Below are positions 18,247 through 27,977 of a DNA stretch of 57,674 nucleotides, piece after piece. The notes below the pieces were generated by a model that ran no database searches, was not told the origin of the DNA, and was given only the letters and a program-made list of their open reading frames with translations. Origin of the DNA: a virus (taxonomy: Duplodnaviria > Caudoviricetes); IMG/VR virus record IMGVR_UViG_3300023198_000698, positions 1 through 57,674 of that record. One strand, 5' to 3'. Within the stretch, counting starts at the first letter, position 1. Each line of letters opens with the position of its first letter. The position numbers were made by a program, and so were the translations under genes.

Positions 18247-18950
18247 CGCAGCCTCTTGACGGTCACCCCGAAGACCTCCATCGCAGGGGTCGCTTTATTC
18301 CACCAGAGATTGAAGTAGTCAAGGGAGCCATAGGTCCCCTCGTCCACCGTGAGGACGTTTCCGGTGTTCTCGGTTACGACCGCCCCGGAAGAAAGCGCAT
18401 GTGATGCGCTCAAGACGTGCTCGGCGTTTTCCCATACGTCTTCGAGGGTGAGATCGACGCCGCCGGTCGCTTCGAAGCCGAGGCTTCCAGTCCATGAGCT
18501 GCCGCTCTTCGAGATCCGAAGGGCGAGCAGACCGCGGAACCAAGACTCCCCGATCGTGTAGGTGGGGACGTAGGGCGTAGTCACCCACACTCCCGCGACG
18601 GTCTTCGCGCTGTCTTCGACCTGGACGTTCCTCCATGTGTTCGTCGTGGTTCGGTATTTATACGGCGAGGCGGATCTTGTCCAGGCGCCGATCCCATCAT
18701 GCCCCTCGACGATGCCGAACCAGTGGGCGCGGGACCCCGAGTTCCAGGAGGAGTTCTCGTCCGTGCAGAGGCCGATCGCTAGGGTAGATCCGGAGATATT
18801 GGCGACACTGTCCTGGAAGCCGAGCTGGACCCCTATCACGATCTCCTCCCAGCCGGCCGGCAGGCCGAGTTCTCGGACGATCTCGTCGCCGCCAAGGGTT
18901 AGGTAGCGATCATTTGCTCCGCTGATTAGTCTCTGTCCACTCGTTGACAT
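18243..18950 (-). CDS. Putative virion beta-sandwich protein
   Basis: Within the tail module; paralogous N-terminus to 19259-20059. Confidence 0.65.
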   Translation of the reverse strand: MSTSGQRLISGANDRYLTLGGDEIVRELGLPAGWEEIVIGVQLGFQDSVANISGSTLAIGLCTDENSSWNSGSRAHWFGIVEGHDGIGAWTRSASPYKYRTTTNTWRNVQVEDSAKTVAGVWVTTPYVPTYTIGESWFRGLLALRISKSGSSWTGSLGFEATGGVDLTLEDVWENAEHVLSASHALSSGAVVTENTGNVLTVDEGTYGSLDYFNLWWNKATPAMEVFGVTVKRLR

Positions 18951-18959
18951 GTTTCCTTT

Positions 18960-19262
18960 CTATTGCACGAATCCGGACGCCGCCCAGCCTGTCCCCCCGA
19001 TCAGGGCTTGGCCGGTGACGGTCCCGTCGCTCAAGTATTCAAGATTATCCCAGGCCATCCGGTAAGTCGTCGGCGCCTGGATCACTCCATCGCCAGCCCA
19101 GCCGGCTCCGCCGGTCAAGGTCAAGGTGATCCCATCGCCAAGCTCTTCCAGAGAGCTTTCAGGATCGGAGCTGCTGCTCGCCGTCAAGGTCTCAAGCTTC
19201 CCTTCCGTCCAGGCTCCGACGGTGTTCGGGATCGACTGATGAAGGCTCAGGATGTGCGTCAT
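18960..19262 (-). CDS. Small virion protein with two GGxGW motifs
   Basis: GGAGWAGDG and GGTGWAASG. Confidence 0.6.
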   Translation of the reverse strand: MTHILSLHQSIPNTVGAWTEGKLETLTASSSSDPESSLEELGDGITLTLTGGAGWAGDGVIQAPTTYRMAWDNLEYLSDGTVTGQALIGGTGWAASGFVQ

Positions 19263-20059
19263 GTTGCCTCGCTGCAGTTGGCAGATCTCGCGCTCACGAC
19301 GAGGGCCGCGCCGGTCGCGCTCCAGTCCCGGAACAGGATGAACATCGAGTCCGGTCTCCCGCGGGTGTTATCCTGCGCGAAGGTTGCGATCACGTTTGAT
19401 CTTGGTTGGAAGCTGTAGTCGTTAAGCCGCATTGCTCCGGTTGTGGTGTAGTGGAGCGGCGACTTGGTTCCTTTGATCATCTCACCATAGCTGCATCCGG
19501 AATTGAATGTCGATGTTCCTGATTCGACGTAGTTACAATGTGCCTTCCAGTTCGCCCCGTAGTCCGCCAGCTCCATAAAGAACGTCCCGCGGCGGGTGTC
19601 GTAGTTCCGGAAGCATTTCATCCCGGCGTGTTTCGCGCTCGTCCCCTCCAAGGTTGTCGATCCGGAGAAGTTCGAGATCAGCCGGCTCCCGGTAGAAGCC
19701 GAGTAGTAGACGTCCCCTCCGGAGTAGTCCTGTTCGACCCAGGTGTCGCCGGCGGTCCAGAGCGCCCCGACCGTCCCGAACCTCCAGCCGATCGCCGTGT
19801 CCATCCCGCTCGCAGGGGTGACTCCCGGGTGATTCACCCCGGACTTGCAGAAGCCTATCACCAGCTCCACGTTCGCCACATTGACAGGCGTCGTGTCCCC
19901 GGACGGGTCTGGCCAGAAGGAAAATTGAACGCCGATTTTTGCCTGATTCCAGGTCGCCGCGAGCGGTAGCTGCTGGACGAGGACAGTCTTCCCCGTCAAG
20001 ACGAGATGTTTGTCGTCGCTATACTCGGCGGTCGCTTGCTCGTAGATTGTCTGAGGCAT
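19259..20059 (-). CDS. Putative virion beta-sandwich protein
   Basis: Within the tail module; Gly/Thr/Trp rich. Confidence 0.65.
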   Translation of the reverse strand: MPQTIYEQATAEYSDDKHLVLTGKTVLVQQLPLAATWNQAKIGVQFSFWPDPSGDTTPVNVANVELVIGFCKSGVNHPGVTPASGMDTAIGWRFGTVGALWTAGDTWVEQDYSGGDVYYSASTGSRLISNFSGSTTLEGTSAKHAGMKCFRNYDTRRGTFFMELADYGANWKAHCNYVESGTSTFNSGCSYGEMIKGTKSPLHYTTTGAMRLNDYSFQPRSNVIATFAQDNTRGRPDSMFILFRDWSATGAALVVSARSANCSEAT

Positions 20060-20063
20060 TGCT

Positions 20064-21044
20064 TTACGGTTGGGGATCGGTTCCGCTCATGTAAAACGCG
20101 AGCGCGTAGATCCGCAGCTTCTTTGTCCCCGTGGACTCGCGATAATGTATAACAGCGTGATCCATTTCGCCATTCGAATAATTCGACGACCCAGAGAAGA
20201 AGCCGCCGGCGCCGAATTGGTTCCCCCCCATCCAGGCGGGTCCGGTTGGAGTTGGCCAAGTGAATCTCGCGAGCCGTAGCGAGTGCGCCGGCTCTCCGTC
20301 TATCACGAACGTCGGATGTCCTCCTGCCGCGGCGTGAGATCTGCCGTTTCCGTTCCAGGTGGTCGGTCCGCGGTGCATCATGATAGACCAGAGGCATCGC
20401 TTCAGCGCGACCGGCCCCGAGTGAGTGGAGATCGCAGATCCGCCGGCTACCCCCATGAGGACATCCCCCACGCCGTTCTGCCTGCGGATTCCGTATTGGT
20501 TCGCGGTGTAGTAGGCGGTCCCGTCCACCCCGTCGACTATCCTCCCGAGAGGCTCGAAGGTGCCGATCCCTCCGGTCCCGTTCGCCCACTTGCTGCCGTA
20601 GAATTGGAGAGTGCTCGCGTTGCTTGGTCCGCCGTCTGCGTCTTTACACCATCCCGCCCACATCTCGACGCTCTGAGCTGCCCCAGAGTCTTCCATGCTG
20701 CAGAGCATGGAGATGCTCACGCGATGGAACGGAGACCACGGGACCAACGGGAAGACGACCTCCCCGCCTGTCCCTGGCAGCTCCAGGCAGTTCTTCGTGA
20801 GGCCGGTCCGCGGCTCGGTGTAGGTCACGATCGCCGCCGCCCCCCACGACACGGAAGGCGCGGCCGAGAATCCTGTCCCGCCTGAGAACGTGGTGATCGC
20901 TCCCGGGGTGTATGATTGCAGGTCGTCAACCGCCCAGTTGCGCCCCCCCGCCTCGGCTGATAGCTGTCCGCTCGCGAAGGTCATCCTCTGATGATAGACT
21001 CCGCCATAGACTCCTGAGCTGAAAATATTTCCTGTAAACGCCAT
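20064..21044 (-). CDS. Putative virion protein
   Basis: Within the tail module; DDLQSY..GGTGF motif; start set at MAFTGN. Confidence 0.65.
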   Translation of the reverse strand: MAFTGNIFSSGVYGGVYHQRMTFASGQLSAEAGGRNWAVDDLQSYTPGAITTFSGGTGFSAAPSVSWGAAAIVTYTEPRTGLTKNCLELPGTGGEVVFPLVPWSPFHRVSISMLCSMEDSGAAQSVEMWAGWCKDADGGPSNASTLQFYGSKWANGTGGIGTFEPLGRIVDGVDGTAYYTANQYGIRRQNGVGDVLMGVAGGSAISTHSGPVALKRCLWSIMMHRGPTTWNGNGRSHAAAGGHPTFVIDGEPAHSLRLARFTWPTPTGPAWMGGNQFGAGGFFSGSSNYSNGEMDHAVIHYRESTGTKKLRIYALAFYMSGTDPQP

Positions 21045-21046
21045 AA

Positions 21047-21901
21047 TTAGGCTGCGTAAAAGATCCCTTGCCCACCCCATCCGCCGCCCCCGCTCATTGC
21101 GGCGATCGCCCCAACTTCATAATCGTTATTGTTATCGTAGCCGAATCCGGGCGGAAAAGCGATCGAAAGGACCCCCGCGGAGAAGGTTCCGATCAGAGAC
21201 GGAGGTCCGCTCTCCTCCTCGGTCAGGAACAGGGTCGCGCTCTCGTAGGCGATCCGATCCTCGATCGTGCTCTCCAGCGCGTCCGCCTCCGCCTCGACGA
21301 CGATGATCTCCTGCGCGGACAGTGTCGTCCTGCAGTTGTCGCCGCCCTCGTAGCTCAGGGAAAGCTCGTCATTCAAGAAGCGGACGTAGTAGACGAAGCC
21401 GACGATGTAGTCGCCCAGAGTGAACGCCTGCGGAACTCCATCCCGCAGGGTGATCGTTTCGGTGGTGGTTCCGCTAACCGCTGTCACCTTGTCAACGTGA
21501 AGGGTTCCGTCTCTGTGTAGTAGGAAGATGTAGTTCCCGAGGCTCGTCGTGCCGTCCAGTGCGCCGAGGGTAGCGAGGTAGCCGACCCCTGTCACCTGGA
21601 GCGATGTTCCCGCTGGAGCGAGGGAGTTCTTCGGTTCAAGCTCCCCGTGCCAGGACGGGATGAAGAAGCCGTCCCACTTCCCTTTGCGATCGTGGAAGAA
21701 CTCCTCCAAGGCGAGGACCTCGCTGTCCCCCTGAAGAACCCATTCGTGGTAAAGGGTGTGAACAACGCGCTTCCCGCGGACCGCCATGATCCGCTGAGCC
21801 GGCGAGAGATCGACCATCTCCTGAATCCGCGTCCCCCTGATTCTCGGAGGGACCGCGAAGTCTGGCTGGATGTCCAGGATCTCGATAGAGTCGATTGTCA
21901 T
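21047..21901 (-). CDS. Distal tail protein (DUF2460-like)
   Basis: EEFFHDRKGKWDGFFIPSW and YVRFLNDEL. Confidence 0.7.
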   Translation of the reverse strand: MTIDSIEILDIQPDFAVPPRIRGTRIQEMVDLSPAQRIMAVRGKRVVHTLYHEWVLQGDSEVLALEEFFHDRKGKWDGFFIPSWHGELEPKNSLAPAGTSLQVTGVGYLATLGALDGTTSLGNYIFLLHRDGTLHVDKVTAVSGTTTETITLRDGVPQAFTLGDYIVGFVYYVRFLNDELSLSYEGGDNCRTTLSAQEIIVVEAEADALESTIEDRIAYESATLFLTEEESGPPSLIGTFSAGVLSIAFPPGFGYDNNNDYEVGAIAAMSGGGGWGGQGIFYAA

Positions 21902-22506
21902 AATTGCGCGAAGTCCAAGACCTCGTCCGTGAGGTTCACTCTCTGCCGTGAGATCTGGAAGGTGCTCTCGTTCCGGACGCCAAGAAGGGCGGGGTAGACG
22001 TAGGCGGCGGAGTAAGCCTGGACGCTCTCCCCGCTTGGGAAGGCGACCGGCGCGGCCTCGAAGGAGATCTTCTCGTTCGTGTCGTCGATCGCGGTGATCA
22101 CTCGGAAGGTGTTCAGCAGGACGCCGGCGGGGTCCTCGAAGTAGGCATATTGTCCGACCCGGAACGGCGCCTTCGTGAGCTGCCGGTTCTTCGCGTCTAC
22201 GGTGACGATGTTCGCGGTCTCGGAAACGAAGTCGAAGCGGTGAGTCCAGATCGGAACCACGATCGGCGCCCCCATCTCCTGGATCTGCGCCATGTGGCGA
22301 GCGGAGAACGTCCCGAGGTTCATCGCGTTATAGCGATAGATGAACTGGTAGGTCGGCAGCTCCCGCCGCCGCGCTCTCTGCTCCGCCCCACTCCAAGCCA
22401 GGGAGATGTCAGTCCACCATTGTTGAGTGAGCCGGATATCCTCCAGCCAGTCCGGGTGTATCTCCAGGAACTTCGGGATGGTGTTCGTACTGTCAGATAA
22501 TGACAT
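21898..22506 (-). CDS. Distal-tail-related protein
   Basis: PDW...SGAEQR...P..VPIW; directly after the tape measure gene. Confidence 0.65.
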   Translation of the reverse strand: MSLSDSTNTIPKFLEIHPDWLEDIRLTQQWWTDISLAWSGAEQRARRRELPTYQFIYRYNAMNLGTFSARHMAQIQEMGAPIVVPIWTHRFDFVSETANIVTVDAKNRQLTKAPFRVGQYAYFEDPAGVLLNTFRVITAIDDTNEKISFEAAPVAFPSGESVQAYSAAYVYPALLGVRNESTFQISRQRVNLTDEVLDFAQL

Positions 22507-24840
22507 TTAAGATCCAATCCCAAGGGTTCGGCGGATTGACTGCCGGTTCCGGTTGATCACGTTCAGGACCGCGTCCGGGTTCGCTGCGATCCGCTCGTCC
22601 ACCATGCTCGGATCGGCGACGTTGATGATCTCGACCGGCTGGCTGCGGTCTCCCCCGCTAACAGCTTGCCCGAGTGCGGCCATTTGATCCTTTGTGAAGA
22701 CCCCCTCGCCGCGGTGGGCGACGATCGGGACCTCGTCCCCGGCGATCCCGCCCCCGCTGAATCGGTTCGCCCCAGCGAATGCGGAGGCGCCGACTTGGCG
22801 GGTGGGTCCGCCGGCTCCGACGACGCCGCCAGAGTGCATCACTGGCGCCCCACCGCCGCCCCCGAAGGCGGTCATGAGGCTCCGAACGATCAGTTGTTGC
22901 ACCATGATTCGAATCAGATCCGCGACCATTGCGTTCGCGAAGTCCCGGAAGGCTTCGCCGGCGCTCTTGGTTCCGTCGATGAAGGAGACGAGCGCGTCGG
23001 TCATGTTCGCGTCGATCGAGTAGGCGATCCCTTCCCCCATGTCCGAGACGCGCTGATTGAAGTCCCCGAACCGATCCAGGGCAGTGTCGAAGCCGAGGAC
23101 GAGGGAGTCCAGGCTCTCTCCCATCCGGTCGAAGATGTTCCTCTCGTCCTCCTTGGCCTGAACCTCGTCCAGGGCGTCCTTCAGCTTGTCGAGCGCGTCT
23201 TGCTTTGCCTTGAGGTCGGATTCCCCGCTCTGCGCGAGCTGGGAGGCTTTGGTCCGCTCGAAGGACCGCTCCCCTACGGCGCTGATCCGGGCGGCGTTCC
23301 GGGCCTCGGACTCGGCCTGGATCTGGGCGGCTCTGGCGAAAGCGGAGTCTGCTGCCCCCCTGGCGGACGAAGGAGCCAGCAAACCGGCCTTGACGGCTCC
23401 CAGGCTGCCCCCTGCTGCGTCCAATCGGTCCGCGATGGCTCCTCCACCTGGAAGCGCCCTTGCGACGACTGAAGCCTTCGAGACGAGGAACTGCATCTTG
23501 GAGATCTGGGACGCGATCATCTTCCCGAACTGCTCCTCCAGCGCGGCGAAGATCGTGAATAGCACTCCCTTAAGGTCGAACCATCCCGCTTTGATGTGCG
23601 CGAGAGCTGTGTCGAAGCCGTTCTGGAGTGCCGTTGAAAGCACATCCGCGAAGTCCTCGATGTCCAGCATCGTCATCACGGCGGCGTTCCGTAGGTGGTT
23701 CCAGTTGTCGATCAGCCATCTGACCCCTTTCGTGACACTCTGGAGCAGGTCCCGCATCGAGCCGCCGGCGCCGTCCTCTCCCAGGCTGATAGCGACCTCG
23801 GAGATCGCGCTCTTCAGCTTCAGCCAGTCCCCGATCAGGTTGTCCATCCGCGCCTCTGCCATCCGCTTCGCGGCCCCCTCCGCTTTGGTGAGTTCGTCGG
23901 TGAGCTTCCGCATCTCAGGGACCGCCTTCTGCAGAGCCAGGAAGCCTGTCACCCCGCGGACCTCGAAGACCTTCGCTGCGTCGGTGACGCTGATCTGAGC
24001 GTCCGCCAGTCGCTGCAGGACGTTGGTGAATCCGTGGACCTGAGGGTCCAGGTCCTCCATCGCGAAGCCGTAGGTCGCCAGGGCCTTCTTCGCCTCGGTG
24101 CTCGGCTTTATTAGCGAGAGCATCACGCGGCGGAGAACAGTCCCTGCTTCCCCGCCCTTAATGCCGGCGTTAGATAGGGTGCCGATCGCTGCCGAGACCT
24201 CCTCGATCTCCACCCCGAGGTTCGAGGCGATAGGCGCGGAAAACTTCATTGCCTCGCCTAGCTCGAAGACGTTGGTGTTCGCTGAGGCGGAGGTAAGCGC
24301 CAGGACATCGCCGACCCTCCCCATCTCCTTCGCTTGAAGTCCGAAGCCGGCCAGGATGTTTGTGGCGATGTCGGCGGCAGCTCCCAGGTCGATCATCCCG
24401 GCAGCGGCCAGATCGAGGGTTCCGGGCATGGCTGCGAGAATCTGGTTAGTCTCCAGGCCAGCCATCGCCATAAACTGCATTCCCTTGGCGGCTTCGGCTG
24501 CGGTGAATTTTGTCGTGGACCCAAGCTCCCGGGCGAGCTTCTGCATGTTGTCCATTTCCTCGGCTGTCGCCTGCGTGAGCGCCTGGACTCCGGACATCTC
24601 CTGCCCGAAGGATGCGATCGTTCTGATCCCCGCCCGGAACGCCATCGCGCCGGCGACCCCGGCGATCAGAAGGCGCATCTTGGAGGCAGCCGCCCCGACC
24701 TTGTTCATAGCGGCGGTCCCCTGCATACCTGCGCGGGTTGATGTGTCACCGAAGCCGATCATCTGGCGCTTTGCGCGGTTAATCGCGCTGACCGCCCTCT
24801 TCGATGAAACACTAAGTTCTAGCTCTGCGAGGTCTGGCAT
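22507..24840 (-). CDS. Tail tape measure protein (TP901-like)
   Basis: LGSTTKFTAAEAA, MAGL..ILAAMPGTLDLAAA, C-terminal HSGG...GDEVP..HRGEGV. Confidence 0.95.
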   Translation of the reverse strand: MPDLAELELSVSSKRAVSAINRAKRQMIGFGDTSTRAGMQGTAAMNKVGAAASKMRLLIAGVAGAMAFRAGIRTIASFGQEMSGVQALTQATAEEMDNMQKLARELGSTTKFTAAEAAKGMQFMAMAGLETNQILAAMPGTLDLAAAGMIDLGAAADIATNILAGFGLQAKEMGRVGDVLALTSASANTNVFELGEAMKFSAPIASNLGVEIEEVSAAIGTLSNAGIKGGEAGTVLRRVMLSLIKPSTEAKKALATYGFAMEDLDPQVHGFTNVLQRLADAQISVTDAAKVFEVRGVTGFLALQKAVPEMRKLTDELTKAEGAAKRMAEARMDNLIGDWLKLKSAISEVAISLGEDGAGGSMRDLLQSVTKGVRWLIDNWNHLRNAAVMTMLDIEDFADVLSTALQNGFDTALAHIKAGWFDLKGVLFTIFAALEEQFGKMIASQISKMQFLVSKASVVARALPGGGAIADRLDAAGGSLGAVKAGLLAPSSARGAADSAFARAAQIQAESEARNAARISAVGERSFERTKASQLAQSGESDLKAKQDALDKLKDALDEVQAKEDERNIFDRMGESLDSLVLGFDTALDRFGDFNQRVSDMGEGIAYSIDANMTDALVSFIDGTKSAGEAFRDFANAMVADLIRIMVQQLIVRSLMTAFGGGGGAPVMHSGGVVGAGGPTRQVGASAFAGANRFSGGGIAGDEVPIVAHRGEGVFTKDQMAALGQAVSGGDRSQPVEIINVADPSMVDERIAANPDAVLNVINRNRQSIRRTLGIGS

Positions 24841-25195
24841 GTTTGGTTCCGTGGGTTTTGGCAGTCCCCGACTTGCCGGTTCTCGTCTGCTTCTTATTGT
24901 AGTCCTCTAAATAGATCCTGTCTAGGTATTGGATCGCTTGGACGAAGAACGCCGGCTGGCAATGCGGGAAGAGTGAGAGATAGACGGCCATCTCGGACAA
25001 CTTAATGAATCCGGGTCCGAAGCCGGTGTCCCGCGTCCGGTGAAGAACCCAGAACGCTTCCCAGACCTCGACAAGATCCTCGAAAAGCTCCGGTTTACGC
25101 GACAAGGCAGGAACCGGCTTCCCCGATTCCCGCTCCATGTCCTGGAGGCTTTCCTCGTTCTTGCCCCACTCCAGCTCCCACTCTAACCTTTTCCC
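24812..25195 (-). CDS. Tail assembly chaperone, -1 frameshift extension (gpGT-like)
   Basis: Frame open from the slippery site at 25195 to the stop at 24812. Confidence 0.8.
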   Translation of the reverse strand, partial: GKRLEWELEWGKNEESLQDMERESGKPVPALSRKPELFEDLVEVWEAFWVLHRTRDTGFGPGFIKLSEMAVYLSLFPHCQPAFFVQAIQYLDRIYLEDYNKKQTRTGKSGTAKTHGTKHARPRRART

Positions 25196-25593
25196 AGGTT
25201 TTCTTTCCCTTCATCGTCAAGGGTTGCCTGGAATGCAGCTTCGTTCATGGCGAACTCGGCCACTAACGCAGAGAAGCGCGGATATTTCAGCATCATCTCC
25301 TTCGCCGCCGCCGCGGAGAATTCGATAGGCTTCCCGGCTTCCGTCACGTTCTCCCAACCGAGGAGAATCGTCTCCGCCATCGCCTCGGTCGCCAGCCGCT
25401 CCGCGGTGTCGGCGTTCATCGAGTTCCGGCGGATCTGCGCCTTGTAGGGCGCTCGCTTAATCTGCAGGACGTCCTGGAATCGCTGCGAGTTGATGCTTGC
25501 GATCAGGAGACGTGAGTCGTCCCACTCGAACCATTTCCCTGCCTGCTCCGCAGGTGACGGGATCATCTTGTTGAGTTCCATTTTTCCTTTCAT
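25183..25593 (-). CDS. Tail assembly chaperone (gpG-like)
   Basis: Between tube and tape measure genes; ILLGWENV motif. Confidence 0.85.
   Translation of the reverse strand: MKGKMELNKMIPSPAEQAGKWFEWDDSRLLIASINSQRFQDVLQIKRAPYKAQIRRNSMNADTAERLATEAMAETILLGWENVTEAGKPIEFSAAAAKEMMLKYPRFSALVAEFAMNEAAFQATLDDEGKENLGKG
25189..25195 (-). other. Programmed -1 frameshift slippery site G GGA AAA
   Basis: X XXY YYZ heptamer one codon before the TAG; the -1 frame reads ..RLEWELEWGKNEESLQD into MERESGK. Confidence 0.8.
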
Positions 25594-25625
25594 TGGGTTT
25601 GCCTGCCGGACCTTCCGGCCGGCGG

Positions 25626-26780
25626 TTATGCGTCGAGCTGATCGACCTGGATGATATATCCGGCGGTCGTGTCGAGGGTCGCCTGGAATTCCAGGTCAAC
25701 CATCACGTCGGTATTGATCGCCTCGATCTCCGGGTTCCCGTTCGAGAACTGGATCTTCGGGAGATGAATGGACATCGTGTTCCCGTCGGCGTCCACCAGC
25801 GGGACGAGAAGCTCGGCGTTCGAGTGGTCGATGAAGGCGCTCAGGAGCGTGTCATCGTCGAAGTAGGCGTTGATTGTTCCCGTGAGGTTGATCGTTCCCT
25901 TGCCGTGTTCGAGGGTGACCTCGGACGAGATCCGCGGCCGATCGCGGAGGTTGTTGTTCATCGCGAAGGAGAGGGACATCACGTTCGACGCGAACGCTGA
26001 GCCGTTCCAGAGCAGGCCCCCGACGTTGGAGGTCGCGTTCAGGATCGGATTCGTGCTCGGCGTGTCCGGAGAACCGTCGCCGTAGGTCGCCGCCCCTTCG
26101 AGCTGCTTCGTCCCCATGAATGAGAAGGTCGAGAGCGCCCTCGCTCTGGCTTCCAGCTCGATCGTCCACTCGTTCACGGTCGAACCGAGGCAGGCGACAA
26201 AGTGTGGCGTGTCCAGGCTCAGGAACTGCTTCTCGATCAGGAAGGACGTCGCGGTGACCCCGTTCCTGGCGTAGTTCACTTGGTAGGAGTTGGTCTCCCC
26301 GACGGCGTTCGTGAGTGTCCCGGTGATCACCATCACGGTCGCCGAGCAGGAGACCACGGGATAAATCCCGTCTTCCGCGGACACGGTGAGTCCTGCAAGC
26401 TTGACATATTTCGCCCCCTGGACAGCGGCGGTGAATGCTCCAGCGGTCAGGGTGAGGGTGGTCCCGAGGGTGATCGTGGTAGTCCCCGCGGCGTAAGTCT
26501 CGCTCGTCCAGGCAGACGCCATGAGGGCGCCGAGGATGAACGGATTATACTGGGTGAGGGACAGCTCGACATTGATCGCGCCGGCCATTGCGGTCCCGAC
26601 TTCGGTTAAGTCGGTGATTGATCGGTCGGATCGGATCTCCTCAGATGCGACGGTCTGCTTCTCATGAGCGAGGCTCTCTCCGGTGAATCGGATCTCCTGG
26701 AGTGTTTCCCCGAGGTCGGGAGTCTCGCCGAATGCGGACTCGGTTGAAAAAAGCAATTTGGTGATGTTTGCGTCTGACAT
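25626..26780 (-). CDS. Major tail tube protein
   Basis: ESAFGETP..IRFTGESL..SEEIRSDR, the phage tail tube 2 family pattern; position. Confidence 0.88.
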   Translation of the reverse strand: MSDANITKLLFSTESAFGETPDLGETLQEIRFTGESLAHEKQTVASEEIRSDRSITDLTEVGTAMAGAINVELSLTQYNPFILGALMASAWTSETYAAGTTTITLGTTLTLTAGAFTAAVQGAKYVKLAGLTVSAEDGIYPVVSCSATVMVITGTLTNAVGETNSYQVNYARNGVTATSFLIEKQFLSLDTPHFVACLGSTVNEWTIELEARARALSTFSFMGTKQLEGAATYGDGSPDTPSTNPILNATSNVGGLLWNGSAFASNVMSLSFAMNNNLRDRPRISSEVTLEHGKGTINLTGTINAYFDDDTLLSAFIDHSNAELLVPLVDADGNTMSIHLPKIQFSNGNPEIEAINTDVMVDLEFQATLDTTAGYIIQVDQLDA

Positions 26781-26787
26781 GGTTTTC

Positions 26788-27216
26788 CTATGTGGTTACG
26801 AGCTGCCCCTCGAAAGGGACGTTTACATTCAACTGAAAATGCGACTGCTGCTCAGGCCCCCGCGTGACGTATGGCGCCTCCATTGATACCGTCACGGTTC
26901 CGTTTGTCAACTGCTTATAACGCAGGGCTTCTCCAGCTTTGTCCGCAAGATCATTTGCGGGTTTAGTGCCTCCGCTCTTCGGAACGAAGACCCCGACCAT
27001 GCAGACCCCCGGCTGCTTCTCCAGCGGTGTCGATCCGAGGCTTGCCTGGAATCCTTGTCCGAAGTTAATCGTGACGCGGACCCAGATCCCGCTCGCCGGC
27101 TGATTGAAGGGAACCTCCCCCCAAGCAATCGGGACGCCGCCTCCGACTGAAGACCAAGTCGTATTGAACTCAGTCTCAATCAGTGCGCGGATCGGATCGA
27201 AAACTTCGTTTGCCAT
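26788..27216 (-). CDS. Tail terminator
   Basis: Position; WVRVTI and VFVPKSGG. Confidence 0.75.
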   Translation of the reverse strand: MANEVFDPIRALIETEFNTTWSSVGGGVPIAWGEVPFNQPASGIWVRVTINFGQGFQASLGSTPLEKQPGVCMVGVFVPKSGGTKPANDLADKAGEALRYKQLTNGTVTVSMEAPYVTRGPEQQSHFQLNVNVPFEGQLVTT

Positions 27217-27228
27217 CGTTGGACTCTA

Positions 27229-27600
27229 TCACGGTCCGAGATCATGTTCAAGGAGAGCTTTCTCGCTGGCGATCGAGGTCTTCACCATTCCAGCCGGCGC
27301 CTGCGAGGAGTGTCCCTCCTCAAGCGCCAGGATGTAATGCAGATTATTTGAGATTGTCCAGGAGTCCGCGCTCGTCGCGGTCGGCATCGGAGAAGGCTCC
27401 CCTGCGTCCCGGGTTGTCAGATCGGCGACATCGCCCGGGACGAGGTTCCAGTTCGATTGTGCTCGGCCGGTGTCCCGCGGAGTTGCGTCGATCAGCCGGC
27501 CCCACAATCCGAACGCGATCCGCTTCAGTAAGACGCGCTGGCTGATGTTCGCCCGGACCGCCCACCGCTTCACCTGAGATTTGAACCGTTGCTGGGCCAT
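27229..27600 (-). CDS. Tail completion protein (HK97 gp10-like)
   Basis: TPRDTGRAQSNW and NNLHYILALEEGHSSQAPAG. Confidence 0.85.
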   Translation of the reverse strand: MAQQRFKSQVKRWAVRANISQRVLLKRIAFGLWGRLIDATPRDTGRAQSNWNLVPGDVADLTTRDAGEPSPMPTATSADSWTISNNLHYILALEEGHSSQAPAGMVKTSIASEKALLEHDLGP

Positions 27601-27977
27601 TACATCACCCTCCGGACCTGGAAGATGTAGACCGTCTCGGTCGGATCGAATTTGAAGTTCACAATCTGCCAGATCACCCCGGAGATCGTGATCCTATCGT
27701 CGAGGCGGACGGAGGTCACCGTTGACAGCTCGCTCGCCCGGACGATCATCTTCTTGTCCCCGATCTTGACGACGTCCCCGTCGATCTCGTTCGCCTTGTA
27801 GACCGCCTCCAAGACGTTCACGGTCGGCTCCTGGACGACCGGAGTCAGGCCCCCAGTAGCTGGGTCGTAGCCGCCTGAGGTGGTGTGGGTGTAGGTCGCC
27901 GAGACGACGATCTGATCGGCCAGATCGAAGCCGAGGTCTACCATGTCAGGGACGAGGCTGTTCAGGTCGATCGCCAT
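27600..27977 (-). CDS. Head closure / head-tail joining protein
   Basis: YDPATG and GDKK; position. Confidence 0.75.
   Translation of the reverse strand: MAIDLNSLVPDMVDLGFDLADQIVVSATYTHTTSGGYDPATGGLTPVVQEPTVNVLEAVYKANEIDGDVVKIGDKKMIVRASELSTVTSVRLDDRITISGVIWQIVNFKFDPTETVYIFQVRRVM

Noticed and set aside
13068-21044. Diversity-generating retroelement or invertible tail-fibre system
   Set aside because: No reverse transcriptase, recombinase or near-identical TR/VR repeat pair seen
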